Assembly: GCA_027923505.1 (NCBI GenBank)
Contig: BROI01000024.1
Coordinates: 310,001 to 374,000 of the forward strand
Reading direction: 5' to 3'
DNA from: Mayamaea pseudoterrestris
Lineage: Eukaryota
Length of the DNA: 64,000 nt
Part shown: piece by piece, positions 32,263 through 43,851 of the stretch
How the letters are laid out: the number at the start of each line of letters is the position of its first letter
How positions within the stretch are numbered: the stretch's first letter is position 1
Notes under the pieces: model-generated
The model's database searches: none
The model's input: the letters and a program-made list of their open reading frames with translations, nothing else
Told to the model about the DNA's origin: nothing
Made by a program: the position numbers and the translations under genes

Positions 32263-34540
32263 CTATCTTACGGATTCTGCATCGCAAAGTGACTCGTGCA
32301 GATTTGAATGATAAGGCATGGCAACAATGGATCCATTCCGGCCCATCACCACTTGGCGCTTGTTGCCCCGCATCCTCCTCCGCAAAACGGCCATCGCCAA
32401 AAAGACGAACGTGCAAACAGATGCCGCAAATCCAATCGCCACGTGCTGCTGCGATGTACCTTGTTGCGACAAGGCCGTCACGGTGGTTGGCTCTCGACTC
32501 TGCGCTGCCGCTGCCGACGTTGAGTAGGTCACACTCGAAGTTGAAGCAAATGGATTTGCCGCTGGCAGAGCGGCCAACTCCGTCGTAAGCTCGGTCACCA
32601 TGGGCTGCTGAAAGGCCACTTGGAGAAGCGAGTCCAAGTCAATTGTTACTGGAAGCGCACTTGGGTCCGAGTCGTTTGTGAATACAGCCGTTGCTTGATA
32701 AGCGATGCGTGCTGGATTAGCGGTACAGCCAAATGATTCAACGTTAAAAGTATCAAGACTAACAAATGGATTTGTTGCAAAGAAATCTGTAAACGCAGTC
32801 TGGAGGTACGTTCTGGTAATTTCAGCTGCTGCATCGCAATCCTCTGCTGATGGGCTGCCAGTGACTCCTTCGTACGTTGCAGAAAAAGGTGTGGCGTCCA
32901 CAGATGAACCGCCTGGGCCTGGAGTTGTTATTGTGGTTGGACCTGCTGCGGGTGTCTCTGAAGCTTGTGGTGGCGTTGAGGCAACCGGGGAAGCTTGCGG
33001 CGCCTCGCTGGCTGTGCCTGAAGTTGGCGCAGAGGTCGTCACTGTAGGTTGTACCACGGGTGACGTTACCGGAGGCACGCTAATCATACTTGTGCTTGGC
33101 GCCGATGTGGTTACTACTGGCGATGCAACTGGCGTAAGGCCAGCGGTCGGTGCTGTTGTCTCAAAAACGGGCTGCTGCAGAATCGGTGCCACTGATGGCA
33201 CTTCGGTATTTGCCGTTGGTGCAGGAGGGTTTGTCACTGGAGAGGCTACAGGTGCTTCGATGGCGGTTGGAGCTGTTGTCGAGAATATAGGTGACTGCAG
33301 TATTGGCGCCACTGATGGCGCTTGAGCACTGGCAGTTGGAGCTGTTGTAGAGAAGATGGGTGATTGCAGTATTGGGGCCACTGGCGCTTGAGCATTTGAT
33401 GTCGGTGCTTGCGAAAACACTGGAGACGCCACTGGCGTGCTGATTGTCGGGACGGCAGGCGCGGTGGACGGCGCCTTTGCTGTTGGCGTCGATGGCAATA
33501 TCTGCGATGTGGGTGCTGCAGTATTAGGCGCCGACGAAGGCATAGCAATTTTTCCTTTTGCAACCTTGCTGGTGGTTGGGCTTGGCGGTATGGAAGTGCA
33601 CTCCGCTTTCGATCCTTTTATTTTCTTTGGACCTGCTCCAATACAGCCCTTGATAAGTTTACTCTGCTTCTTGGAGTCAACTGAACTAGTAGATGAAGGT
33701 GCTGTACCAACAGGCGTGGCTCTCAGTGAGTAAACTACATAAATAACTGATGTTGTCTTGATCATTCGATGACGTACCTGGTGACAGGGTAGGATAGGTA
33801 GCAGCTTTGCTCTTACTTTTCTTGCTTGGACCTCCTTCGCAATTCATTGAAGGAAATCCCTTTTTGCTGTAATCGCCTGAGCATGTAGGTGCTGATCGCG
33901 AAAAAGGTCCTCACACGGTAAGTCTCACTAGTCCAGATGATGAAAAATTCGAATTCGATATGATAGGGACGTACCTTGTGAAAGACTCGGAGCTTGTGTA
34001 ACAGGCATAAGTACACTGCCTCCTTTGGAAACCTTGGAGCTGTAGACTGATGATGGGGCTGTGCGCGTAGCGAAGCGAGGCGAGCAAATTGATGAGTGAG
34101 CATGCAAACATGCAAACAGTAGAAGATGCCCGCACCTATCGGTCTATCCAACACCACACGTACCTGGCGATATAGTTGGAAACCAACCCTTTGAATGTTT
34201 CGCTTTTTTGCTCTTTTTCGATTGATTTATTGTACTCGGGGCTGCAAGGCAGAAGACTTATTTGTCAGAACTTTGATGCTGTGAAAGTCGGCAGAGGAAA
34301 CACGGAACGCAGCGTCAATGACGAGAACAAAGACGTACCTGGTGATATAGACGGCATTGGTATTTCCCCCCTTGAACCAAAGTTCTTGGATGAAGCTCCC
34401 TGCTTTGAAGCATCCTTTTTCTTGGTGTGCTCAAAGATATTCTGTAACAGCCGCGATCGCGCTATAGTCGACCTTGCTGCGTCAACGTGCACGGTTCCCA
34501 CTAAGAGCAATATCCAAACCCAGCACTGTCGATTCCTCAT
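32263..34540 (-). CDS. Five-exon secreted/membrane protein: signal peptide, RLL, Lys-rich KxxK modules, Pro/Thr/Ser mucin-like stalk, globular domain, single TM
   Basis: Exons 34540-34339, 34241-34164, 34058-33975, 33891-33778, 33701-32263 splice in frame; all four donors are AG|GTACGT and all acceptors CAG|C, all phase 1. Confidence 0.85.
33110..33450 (-). repeat. Coding tandem repeats (~20-23 aa, e.g. PTASAQAPSVAPILQSPIFSTTA)
   Basis: APxVAPILQxPxFxTTAPT and PVASPV units recur in the ORF translation. Confidence 0.75.
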
Positions 34541-35250
34541 GCTCATTTTTATTTTATTCAACATCCAATGTCTCTCTTGGGTTGCCATTGTCGCTCCTTT
34601 CTGGGGTGCTCGATGTTGCTTGTTTGTTGCAAAGTGTGAAACGGACGATGTTGGCCCAATTTTTGAAATAGCCGTTGAATTTCTAGCTGGCGTCAACCGG
34701 GACTCACAATTTCGGTCGCGGAATCCAACTCGTTTTTTGTACCGCGAACGCCATGGCGATTCCATTTGCTTGGTCAACTTTCATTTCATCAGCTCTTTGC
34801 CACTCATTCCCACATGCAATGGACTAATCTGGGCGGGCGAGGGGGGTTTAGGTGCTGAGTGGTAGTGACAAGATTCACATACATGAATACCGATGACCGA
34901 CAAGCAACGCTGTCGGACTGAAAAGTTTGGCGTCGAAACAGTTGTAAGTATATTATATCGAGCACATGGAACAAGATGATGTAATGAATAATCAAAGCGA
35001 CGGGTTGACATTATATCATATAACTTCGAGTGACGCCCATTCGTTAATCAGCCGCATCTAAGCGTGATTTTGGTCCGAGCTTTTGTCGCATGCCTAAACG
35101 ACAATGATAATAAATACTGCAACTGGGTCTTATTCACATTATATTCCATGGCAATAGTGATTTTATCTTATCTTTCTATCGAAATTATTATGCAAAAATC
35201 AGAGCCATGCAACCCTGAGCTCATGTCAACACAGAACCAACGTCATTGAT

Positions 35251-36657
35251 TTAAGTAAAACCAAGGTGAGTGCCGTAGACAAAGATGCTTGCCAACATGA
35301 ACAGCCATCCTCGATTAGCTTCACTCTCCATGGCAATCTTGATACCCGTCACCTCTTCCGTCGCCGGTGTCTTGCCTCCGATGTGCTTCGTCTTGAACTT
35401 ACAATACGCCATGGCAACGCTGCCCGCGAGCAGGACAATTCCAACGGCGCAAGCACCAAGATTGATCCATGGCAAACCCGAAAAGAAAATCGCCAATGTA
35501 CTGTATGAAACCAACTTGGTCTGCCACGAGCAATTCTTGGTGCCCGTCAAAACCCTATAGGCCAGAACAGTGCCCAGCAAGCACCAAACGGAATGGACGG
35601 CGTAGCAAGGCGTGCTAGTGACGCCTCCAAACACGGCCGCGCCCCAACCATACACACTCCACCATGCTGGTATGACCATGCTCACGGTGAAGGACTTTGC
35701 TTGCTCGTAAACAAAAGTCGGGCCGCTCGCCATCAATAGTTGATGCATGAAAGAATACCAAGTGTCGGTAGTCGCAGCCGCAACAACCTCTTCGGTGACA
35801 GGAGCCGAAGAAAGTGAAGGCATGTATGTCTTCAATACTTGATGCACAGAAGAATACCAGGTGCGATAAGTCGCAGCCGCAACAACCTCTTTGGTAACAG
35901 GAGCCGAAGAAAGCCAAGGCAAGTACTGCTTCAAGTACCCGAAAAGCAATCCTTCCTTGCACTGGTTGGACAAGTAACCGTTAAAACCATGCAAGGCTCC
36001 CTCCGCATTGAATCCATTATTTCCGCGATACATTCCAATCACGACGCGAGTAAGCATCTGAACACCAATCATGACGACCAACTGATCAGCAATTCCCTCA
36101 AACGTTTTGGCTCGTGCCTCTTTAATTTTGTCAAGCCAATCCTTGTCTTCGCGCGCAGCCTGCGCCTGCTCCTTGTGGCGACGCTCGGCGTCGACGCGAT
36201 TTTGAGCGCATTGGCGCTCCATGGATTGCATGCGACGGACTTCCTGAAACTCGGAAAACATTAGATGCTGCCGCGACTGGTGGCTGTCATGGACGGCGGT
36301 GAAAATCGCGTCGGCTGACACTTGCAAACCCACGCTGGCGAGTTTTTGTTGGAACATGTCCGTCTGGTCAATGACAATATGCATGTCGGCCAGGGCGTCC
36401 TGGCGAGTGTAGTTGTCTCGCGCCAATTGACCAAGAGTCGCCGGCGTGACGACTTGAATGCGGTTGCCGGTCAGTGTACGAGGCGGCGGCGTGTGATGCG
36501 CGACCGGGAGGTCGTCGGCATCGAACGAAACAACATTGACTAGTCCATTTCCGTGGCAATGGTCATTCTCGGCGATGGAATGAGTCTGATACTTTGAAGG
36601 AGTCGTGAAACTCGAGTTGTTGTTGTTGCTTGGAGCTTCGTTCATGCTGTTGTTCAT
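35251..36657 (-). CDS. Hypothetical multi-pass membrane protein with coiled-coil and a 33-aa internal duplication
   Basis: Long ORF (likely start MNNSMNE at 36657), hydrophobic C-terminus, duplicated LSSAPVTxEVVAAAT..TWYS..HQ. Confidence 0.65.
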   Translation of the reverse strand: MNNSMNEAPSNNNNSSFTTPSKYQTHSIAENDHCHGNGLVNVVSFDADDLPVAHHTPPPRTLTGNRIQVVTPATLGQLARDNYTRQDALADMHIVIDQTDMFQQKLASVGLQVSADAIFTAVHDSHQSRQHLMFSEFQEVRRMQSMERQCAQNRVDAERRHKEQAQAAREDKDWLDKIKEARAKTFEGIADQLVVMIGVQMLTRVVIGMYRGNNGFNAEGALHGFNGYLSNQCKEGLLFGYLKQYLPWLSSAPVTKEVVAAATYRTWYSSVHQVLKTYMPSLSSAPVTEEVVAAATTDTWYSFMHQLLMASGPTFVYEQAKSFTVSMVIPAWWSVYGWGAAVFGGVTSTPCYAVHSVWCLLGTVLAYRVLTGTKNCSWQTKLVSYSTLAIFFSGLPWINLGACAVGIVLLAGSVAMAYCKFKTKHIGGKTPATEEVTGIKIAMESEANRGWLFMLASIFVYGTHLGFT

Positions 36658-37480
36658 GTTTATGTCTTGAATCTTTCTCTTAAATGCCTTGCTTGCTTGT
36701 GTGACCTTGCTGGCTTGCTTGACTTGTCGTAGCGTGAAGATAGTCGCAGCGAACGTCCTTGATAACGTCGAATGCGATTGAATGCCTGTCTTTGTGAGGC
36801 TTGCGTTCGCGTGTTTTGTGTCGTCTCGAAGCATCCCACGCTGAACGGATTGATGGAAACGGACCGGTCGAATCGTGTCACGATCACGCAAACGAGTCAA
36901 GCAAAGGTGCGGGATCATAATACATCATCGCCAATGACCGTTCCAAGGCTTTGGTTCATGTGCATGCCTCCATGGTGATGATTTACAAAATAATTAGGTC
37001 CCTCTTGTTTTACGTTATTGCTGCGCGCGATGCAATATGAAATCATGAGATTGCTCATCAAGACGGTAGAAATCTCGGTGCGTTATACTTTCTCGGCTCG
37101 AGGCGGCATTTGATATGAAGCTCTACTGGTAATCGAAACCAGTATGAGTTTGCTGGACATGTTAAATGTGCTTTGATAGAGGGACGGCCTTGCCTCTCTT
37201 TACAGAACTGACCTCCATGGTGATGTCGAAGGCTCGTCGTCATTCGCGTCACATTTTCGTGAGAGGGTCATCGTGAAAACTGGAGCAAAAACAGCTGACA
37301 CGTCATGAATAAATGTCAAGAGTCATTGCAGCGTCGCCGAAACGATCGCTCCAACCATAACCGCCGAGCCTCCACTGCTGCAAGTCTATCTGCACTTGAC
37401 AAGCTATCATCATACCTCTTGTGTACGCTTGTCTTGGATTGTTACATTAGCCAATCGGTTCATTCAAAGATTATCTAATT

Positions 37481-40400
37481 ATGCAGCCAGCAAACGATGC
37501 ATTCTATTTCCCTCCAGTCGCGGAACCGCAGCAGCCAGCAATCAGCGAGCAGCAGCATACAAGTATTGCACCAGACGTTGACGACGACGACACCTTGGCG
37601 GCGCAACTGAGCGAGATTCTCTTTGGAGGAGCCTCCGGAGAGGAAGAGGTGGAGGCACCAATGTCGGGCGCCTTTGTGAATGCCATGGGCTCCTTTGCCG
37701 TTGGCAGCGCGACACCATCCTTTGATGCCGATTGGAATCCAGCGGCGCCCTTGGAGTTTCCGCCAAAGCATACGCAGCAATCTACTGCACCGAATACAAT
37801 GTCCAGTCAGACGACTACAGCTCCTGCGAAAGCATCAACGGCTCATTTTCTTGTATTATGCTCGGGCATGTCACTCAAGCGAGAGAGCGTTGCCAACCAG
37901 GAAATGGCATACACCATACTCGACGGCTTGAATCTTCCTTACGACAAGCTGGATGGAGCAGAACCAGTCAACAAGGACAGGCGGAACGAACTCTTTGACA
38001 TTTCGGGTATCCGCGGCCAGTATCCGCAATTCTTTATCGTGCATCAAGGCGTCACGACATATTTTGGCGACTGGGAATACTTTCAATATGCAAACGATGA
38101 AGGCATTCTTGGGAGCTCGCTCATGCAAATGCAAGATACATCAAGTCAAGATGCATCTACATCGTCCTCGCTTCCTCCAGGTCGATCCCCGGACTTGGAC
38201 GCGCTAGACCCGGTTCCTCCTTTGTCCCCAAAGATGGAAGGGGGCGACAGCACTGGAGACGATGGTGCCTTTGGAGCTGTTCGTCGCAACTCAAAGGTCA
38301 ACATTCTAGGAATGCATCAAACAAGTAGCGGCACTGCCGCCAAGGAACAGTCGCCGCCCCGCGTGTCAAAGATTGTTGCTCCAAAAATGTACATGAACAA
38401 GCGTGACGGACGAATGAACAATTTTGTTGGTCATCAGTCGGCATCAAGCTTGTCAGTTCCCAGCGACGTTGCGCATCAGGCGCGAAATGATCTGAATCGC
38501 AATTTTGCTGGTCATCAGTCGGCGTCAAGCTTATCTGTACCCAGATTCTTTGCAAATAAGGCTGAATTGCAAAGCAAAGGAGATTATGCGCCATCGCCTA
38601 CGAGGCAAATGTCGAGAAAGTCCGCTCCGTCGTCGTTCAGCAAGAGCGAGTCTGCGTTAGCCTACAAACCAGTAACCATTCCGCAGAAAGAGTATACTCA
38701 AGAGTCTTTGGCAGATTTTGGGACTGGTGAAAATAGTGAAGCTGATAGAAGGCCACCAGTTCCTCGACGACCTTCCAAGCTATCGATCCCTGATGTGTTT
38801 GGAGGTAACGCTTCAAGTTCCAGCTTGACTGGACCGAAACAGCAACCTCGTCGTTGGTCGAAGAAAGTTTCTGCTCCCGATACGTTAGGCGGTCAAGATT
38901 CGCAGGGATCATTGGACTTGACCATGTTGGAAAAGTCTGACCATGCCCCGAAATCACCGCATCGCGGATCTAGGAGCAATTCCATAACAGGCAAAAGTGC
39001 TCAAAATGCGGAGATTGCATCTGGTGTCGCTAAAGTGGAGGCAGAGAAAGCTGTAGATCAGGAATCGCCTCGTCGTGCTTCGGGAAGACTCTTCGTTCCG
39101 GCAACGTTTCGCCAAAGAGCAGAGGTGCAAGCGAATCCGGGCTGCGAAAACAACGACGTCCCTGTGGTGGAAGAAACTGAGCGTGATACTCCGTATTCAG
39201 GCTCGCCACGACGGGACTCCAGGAGGCCTAGCATGTCTAGCAGTTTCGGCTCACAAATGAAAAACGACGACTCGGCAGCCGAAATGATTGCAAGCTGTAG
39301 TGCAAGCTGTAGCAGCATTGATGTGCAATCCTTTCGGGGAGTTGATAATGTTGCAAAACATGGCTCGCCGCGTCGTTCTTCATCTAAGCTAGTTATTCCG
39401 AACACCTTTGGCGGAGCTGCTGCTTCTGTGCATGGAAAAAAGGCGGCCCCACGACGCTCGTCGAAAAAGCTGGTCATTCCTGCGACTTTTGCTGCTGCGC
39501 ATGATCCAAAACAACCCGGTGGACCACCACCCAAGCCGCCAAATCACGTTTCGCCTCGCCGGTTATCAAAGAATATTATACTTCCGGAAGCCTTTCCGAA
39601 AAGTTCGTCTTCTGAATCAAAAGCATCTCCTGACGAAGAGGTCATACCGCCTGCTTCTATTGCGACAAGCGAGATGTCTGATCTGTCACTTGCCTCCGAT
39701 GTTACAGGACTTGAGCAAGATACACCTGCTGTTTCGTCAAAGCCACTTGCAAGGCATGAACGCAGACCTAGCAAATTAAATATTCCGGGCATCTTTGGCA
39801 GCAGTGCGTCGAGTGGAATGGACCATTTGAGACTGCCAGACACTAAAAGTCTGCAGCAGAAAGATGCACCAGCGATGTCATCCATACCATTTGCGAAGCA
39901 TGTACACAGACCCAGCAATTTAGATACATCAGGAATAGGTGGTGATGGTGGTGCAATAAATGGAGTGGATGCTACGGCAACGTTTGATACAATAAGCTCG
40001 GAACAGGATGCAATCGAAGTGTCACTTACATCACCTGTTAAACATGAACGCAGGCCCAGCGAGCTGGCTAGGTCATCAAACCAGATGTATGTTTTGCCAA
40101 CAGCTGACATGAATGGTTCTGAACGAAACAGTCCAGTGGCCAGGTCGAGTTTGTTTGGAAAGCCAGAGCGCGGACCAAGGAAATTGGTTATTCCCGGAGC
40201 TTTCGGTGGGAGCGCATCAAGCGCAATGGATGCATCATCAGTGTCATCCGCCAACCTCGAGCATGAAGTGCCCGCGCCAGCGGCGTCGAAGCCAGTTGCG
40301 AAGCACGAGCGTCGACCAAGCAAGTTGTCCATCTCTGGACCAATGGGCGGTAGTATCTTTAGCGAAAATGAGTTATTACCTCCACAAGATGCGACTACCC

Positions 40401-40891
40401 TGGAAGAAGAGGATACGTCAGCCGCCGTGATTGCGCAACCACTCATAAGGCACGAGCGTAGGCCCAGCAAACTAGCCATTCCTGGAGTCTTTGGCGGAAG
40501 TGCTTCCAGTGGTATGGATGTCATGACAGGTTCCTCTCGTAGTATTACTTCGCCTTCAAAGGCGAGAAAGTACATTCCTGCTACAGTTGGCAATGCTGCC
40601 AAGCATGCCGACTCGCCACCTCCGCCGCCTCCCTTACTTCCAGATCAACCTGCTGTGCCCGGTAAGGCAGTTGTAACTTTATCCGCCAAAACCAACGATG
40701 ATTTACCGTCAGACGAAGAGGAGATCGAAAGGGCGACTACGGTCGAACATGCTGATACTGAACCTGACGCCAACCCCATAATGCCGGTCGCTGGGCCATC
40801 GCCCGGGCCCAGAAAGAAACTAGTCATTCCCGGAGCCTTTGCCAAGTCGACCGAGCCGCCAAGAAAGTTTGGTGGAGGCGTTGGTTGGTAA
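37481..40891 (+). CDS. Large low-complexity protein with SH3BGR/glutaredoxin-like domain and repeated RRPSKLxIPxxF motifs
   Basis: 1136-aa ORF; NQEMAYTILDGLNLPYDKLDGAEPVNKDRRNELFDISGIRGQYPQFF resembles the SH3BGR thioredoxin fold. Confidence 0.75.
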   Translation: MQPANDAFYFPPVAEPQQPAISEQQHTSIAPDVDDDDTLAAQLSEILFGGASGEEEVEAPMSGAFVNAMGSFAVGSATPSFDADWNPAAPLEFPPKHTQQSTAPNTMSSQTTTAPAKASTAHFLVLCSGMSLKRESVANQEMAYTILDGLNLPYDKLDGAEPVNKDRRNELFDISGIRGQYPQFFIVHQGVTTYFGDWEYFQYANDEGILGSSLMQMQDTSSQDASTSSSLPPGRSPDLDALDPVPPLSPKMEGGDSTGDDGAFGAVRRNSKVNILGMHQTSSGTAAKEQSPPRVSKIVAPKMYMNKRDGRMNNFVGHQSASSLSVPSDVAHQARNDLNRNFAGHQSASSLSVPRFFANKAELQSKGDYAPSPTRQMSRKSAPSSFSKSESALAYKPVTIPQKEYTQESLADFGTGENSEADRRPPVPRRPSKLSIPDVFGGNASSSSLTGPKQQPRRWSKKVSAPDTLGGQDSQGSLDLTMLEKSDHAPKSPHRGSRSNSITGKSAQNAEIASGVAKVEAEKAVDQESPRRASGRLFVPATFRQRAEVQANPGCENNDVPVVEETERDTPYSGSPRRDSRRPSMSSSFGSQMKNDDSAAEMIASCSASCSSIDVQSFRGVDNVAKHGSPRRSSSKLVIPNTFGGAAASVHGKKAAPRRSSKKLVIPATFAAAHDPKQPGGPPPKPPNHVSPRRLSKNIILPEAFPKSSSSESKASPDEEVIPPASIATSEMSDLSLASDVTGLEQDTPAVSSKPLARHERRPSKLNIPGIFGSSASSGMDHLRLPDTKSLQQKDAPAMSSIPFAKHVHRPSNLDTSGIGGDGGAINGVDATATFDTISSEQDAIEVSLTSPVKHERRPSELARSSNQMYVLPTADMNGSERNSPVARSSLFGKPERGPRKLVIPGAFGGSASSAMDASSVSSANLEHEVPAPAASKPVAKHERRPSKLSISGPMGGSIFSENELLPPQDATTLEEEDTSAAVIAQPLIRHERRPSKLAIPGVFGGSASSGMDVMTGSSRSITSPSKARKYIPATVGNAAKHADSPPPPPPLLPDQPAVPGKAVVTLSAKTNDDLPSDEEEIERATTVEHADTEPDANPIMPVAGPSPGPRKKLVIPGAFAKSTEPPRKFGGGVGW

Positions 40892-41170
40892 GTGTGCTTG
40901 CTTGCTTTTTATATAAGGCGTATGACCATCGACACGTTGTTACGGCGGCCCCTGAGCCGGGTGGTCGACGACGAATCTGCCGCGCCAAAAAATGAGGACG
41001 AGCGAGAGTAAATTAAAAGATTTGTAATAGTTACATTGAATGTAAAGTTGATATTTCTTATCTATCTCTCATTTATTGTTAATACTACGATTTATTGGGT
41101 ACAGTATGGTAGAAGAAGATGCTTTGCAGCGTACACCGACAGTGAAGCTGCCATTAGATAAATTTATCAT

Positions 41171-42388
41171 TCAAAACCCAGGTGGCGTGCCGGCAGAGTA
41201 TTTGACAATGCCCAAAACTTTATATCGTTCACCCATTTCTTCCGGCGACGCCAACCGCACCATGGCTTGATACAAGTCTTCGGCTTCATCTTCCGTCGTC
41301 TTGTCATCCTCGATAGCATTCAAAACTCGCTCTTGCATACCCATGGCCATGAGAAAGTCACCCTGCGTCACTGGCCCGTACGCGCGAACTGTATTTTGGT
41401 CATCACCTGCTGTTTCGCTCGTCGTCACTGTTCCATTCCTTTGTTTCCTGCTATTATTCACGGCATGTTTCAAAGCAGCAAAATCAACGTCAGCGGTTAT
41501 ATCTACCAGTCCTGGTTGCGACAAGAAACCAAGCTGCTCGTGTCGTGAAAACGCGCGCAACGAGTCGGCGCTTCCAGATTGTCCATAGTCTATGAACAAA
41601 GCCGCTCCTCCCCCCGCACTCTGCTCCAAATATCGTGACAAGTCTTGCACCATGAGAATGCCTTCCGGATTGACTTCCATGACGCTGCCAACAGGAATGT
41701 TTTCCGAGTCATTGGTTAAATATCCATGTTCGTCCACGTCCAGCAAGGTTTGTAAAGCTGGGGTCACTTCGGGCGCCAGTACAAGCACCAAGCGAGGCTT
41801 TGGCTCGGTCACAGCTTGGTTGGATGTCGCATTCTTGTCAATTACACTAGTGGATGAGGCGTTTAAATATATTGCAACGTCTTGATCCTGGTCGTCACTA
41901 GGCAAACTGACAAGACGCTCCCTCCAGTAGCCTTCCGGAGTCTTTTCAAAGCTATAGACGGGCAACGCATCCAGGAATTCTTGTCCAATGCAGTAGGTTG
42001 CCATTGGCCCATCTTTCGAAACGTCATAATGTTTCGCCATCCATTGTTCAAACGCAGTGAAAGTGGCATGCCAGTGCACCGAGATTGTGTGCGTTGGCGT
42101 TGGAGTTGAATCAGCATCGTTCCCAACAACAACAGATGCCACACGCTCGCCACTTGCATCATCATCATTGTCATGAAACTCGTACACTTTTCCACTTTCC
42201 TCACCAAGCTCCTGTAGACGCTCCTTTTGCATGTTCCGCAGCCTTTGGCTCGACGTTTCCACAAAGTGAATGTGTTTGCAGCCAGCGTCAAAGTCTGGAA
42301 CGGCCGACTGAAATCGCACCAAATCGCGCATCAAGGTTCCCTTGCCGGGTCCGCACTCGAGCCACTGCCAGGCAAGTATATTATTATG

Positions 42389-42430
<42 letters not shown>

Positions 42431-43384
42431 TGTAGTGCCGTCAATATTGTCATGATGCGCCGCAGTCGCTGTCGCCGTCGCCGCTGACCTTGCCTGCGCC
42501 TGCAAATGCTGCGTCGCGAACCAAACGCCCAAGCATTCGCCAAAGACTTGCGACACTTCCGGGGCCGTGACAAAGTCGCCGCCAATAATGGTAATGGCGT
42601 CAGTGGCAGAAACTGCTGCTGTAGCATTCTTGTCGAGTGTATCATGATTGTCGTAATCATCATTGTCACTATCAAAGTCTTCTCTGTCAGCTGCTGCAAA
42701 ATGACTCGTGGCGTTGATATAGTAGCCATGCTCGGGATGCGTCAAGCACAGTCGCATATAGTCGGCCGTACTCATGGGCCTGCCTAAAACGCTGAGCAGC
42801 GGCAGTATCACGTGCGTCCAGAGCGGCGTGGGCGGTTCATACGACGCTGCGACAAGACTCGACGACAATGACAATGCTGATCCGCCATGAGTATGCGGGT
42901 CATACAAGTCAATCGCATGTGATGACGCCATGAACACGGAGGACGAATTGTTAGTACTCGTCGCGCTTGTCCATGCGTGTCGCGAAAGGTTGGTCCGGGG
43001 CAGCAGCAGCAGAGGATGAAGTTGCTGTTTCAATGGCTGCAATCGAGAAGGAGTAGCAGTTACGAATTCCTTGTTTGTATTAGTTTCGTCAGTCTTACTT
43101 TCACTCGTTTCATGCTTGCCACTCTCATGGTTGGCTCGCTTTTGACGCGACGTTGTTCCAAAGAAATGATGGTGAAAAAATGACGAAAGAAATGGCGGCG
43201 CAGCAGGTATTCGACGTCGTTGCTCCTGCCAGAAGCTGCTCCTTTTATGAAGCAGATTCAGTCGATTCATTCTATACATTGAAACTGTCTCTGTGTAGGA
43301 ACTCCTCGCGCAAGGATTGCCATGGTTGTCATGAGATGAACGAGTGTCGTACCGGTTTGGGTAACCGGTACGACGTAAGGTCAT
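41171..43384 (-). CDS. NDUFAF7: NDUFAF7/MidA SAM-dependent arginine methyltransferase (start may be 43279)
   Basis: MSTADYMRLCLTHPEHGYY, GDFVTAPEVSQVFGE, LECGPGKGTLM, QEFLDALP, IDYG, PGLVDITADVDF, MGERYKV motifs. Confidence 0.92.
42390..42428. repeat. (CTG)13 microsatellite encoding poly-Ser in NDUFAF7
   Basis: 13 uninterrupted CTG units. Confidence 0.9.
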
Positions 43385-43423
43385 TTTTGGGTCACGCGAG
43401 TTGTTGCTCAACAAGAGAAGTCG

Positions 43424-43541
43424 CGGGTTTCCCCGTCTTAGCCACTACTTCCAGCTACAGGGTTTTAAGGATGGCACACAGCTGGGTGGAGAGTAAGGCA
43501 TTTTACTTAATTTGCCTCCTCGCCGCCCCAAGGCGTGCGCC
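43424..43541 (-). repeat. Split direct repeat B2 (element 3' terminus)
   Basis: CGGGTTTCCCCG...GGCGTGCGCC, appears identical to 43852-43969. Confidence 0.95.
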
Positions 43542-43559
43542 GAGGGACGGGAGGGTGGG

Positions 43560-43851
43560 TGCACTTAATTCTATCTTCTTTCCTTGTCAAAAGCAGCACT
43601 CGAGGCAGCTCTCTAAAGGAATCAAAGGACAAGCGACTGTAGCAACAACAACAGGAGGGGCTGCTTGGAAGGAGCTTGCCTTCTTCAAAAGAATGGCTCC
43701 GAGCAGGGCGAAGGAGGATCAAAGGATGCTCTTCAACACGCTCAGGGGCTTATCTGCAACCACGCAGCTTTCAAAGCCGTATGGTGTCGCCACGCTGGCG
43801 ACTGTAACATATAGTGTAGTCTTTTCCTTCCGCTTTCAGCTGCGGCAAAGA
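43560..43851 (-). repeat. Split direct repeat A2
   Basis: TGCACTTAATT...GCGGCAAAGA, appears identical to 50200-50491. Confidence 0.95.

Noticed and set aside
39544..40602. Long antisense ORFs (also 58981-59742, 61588-62310, 32705-33325, 8485-9261, 46997-47695)
   Set aside because: Shadows or alternate frames of real GC-rich, low-complexity coding regions with no independent motifs.
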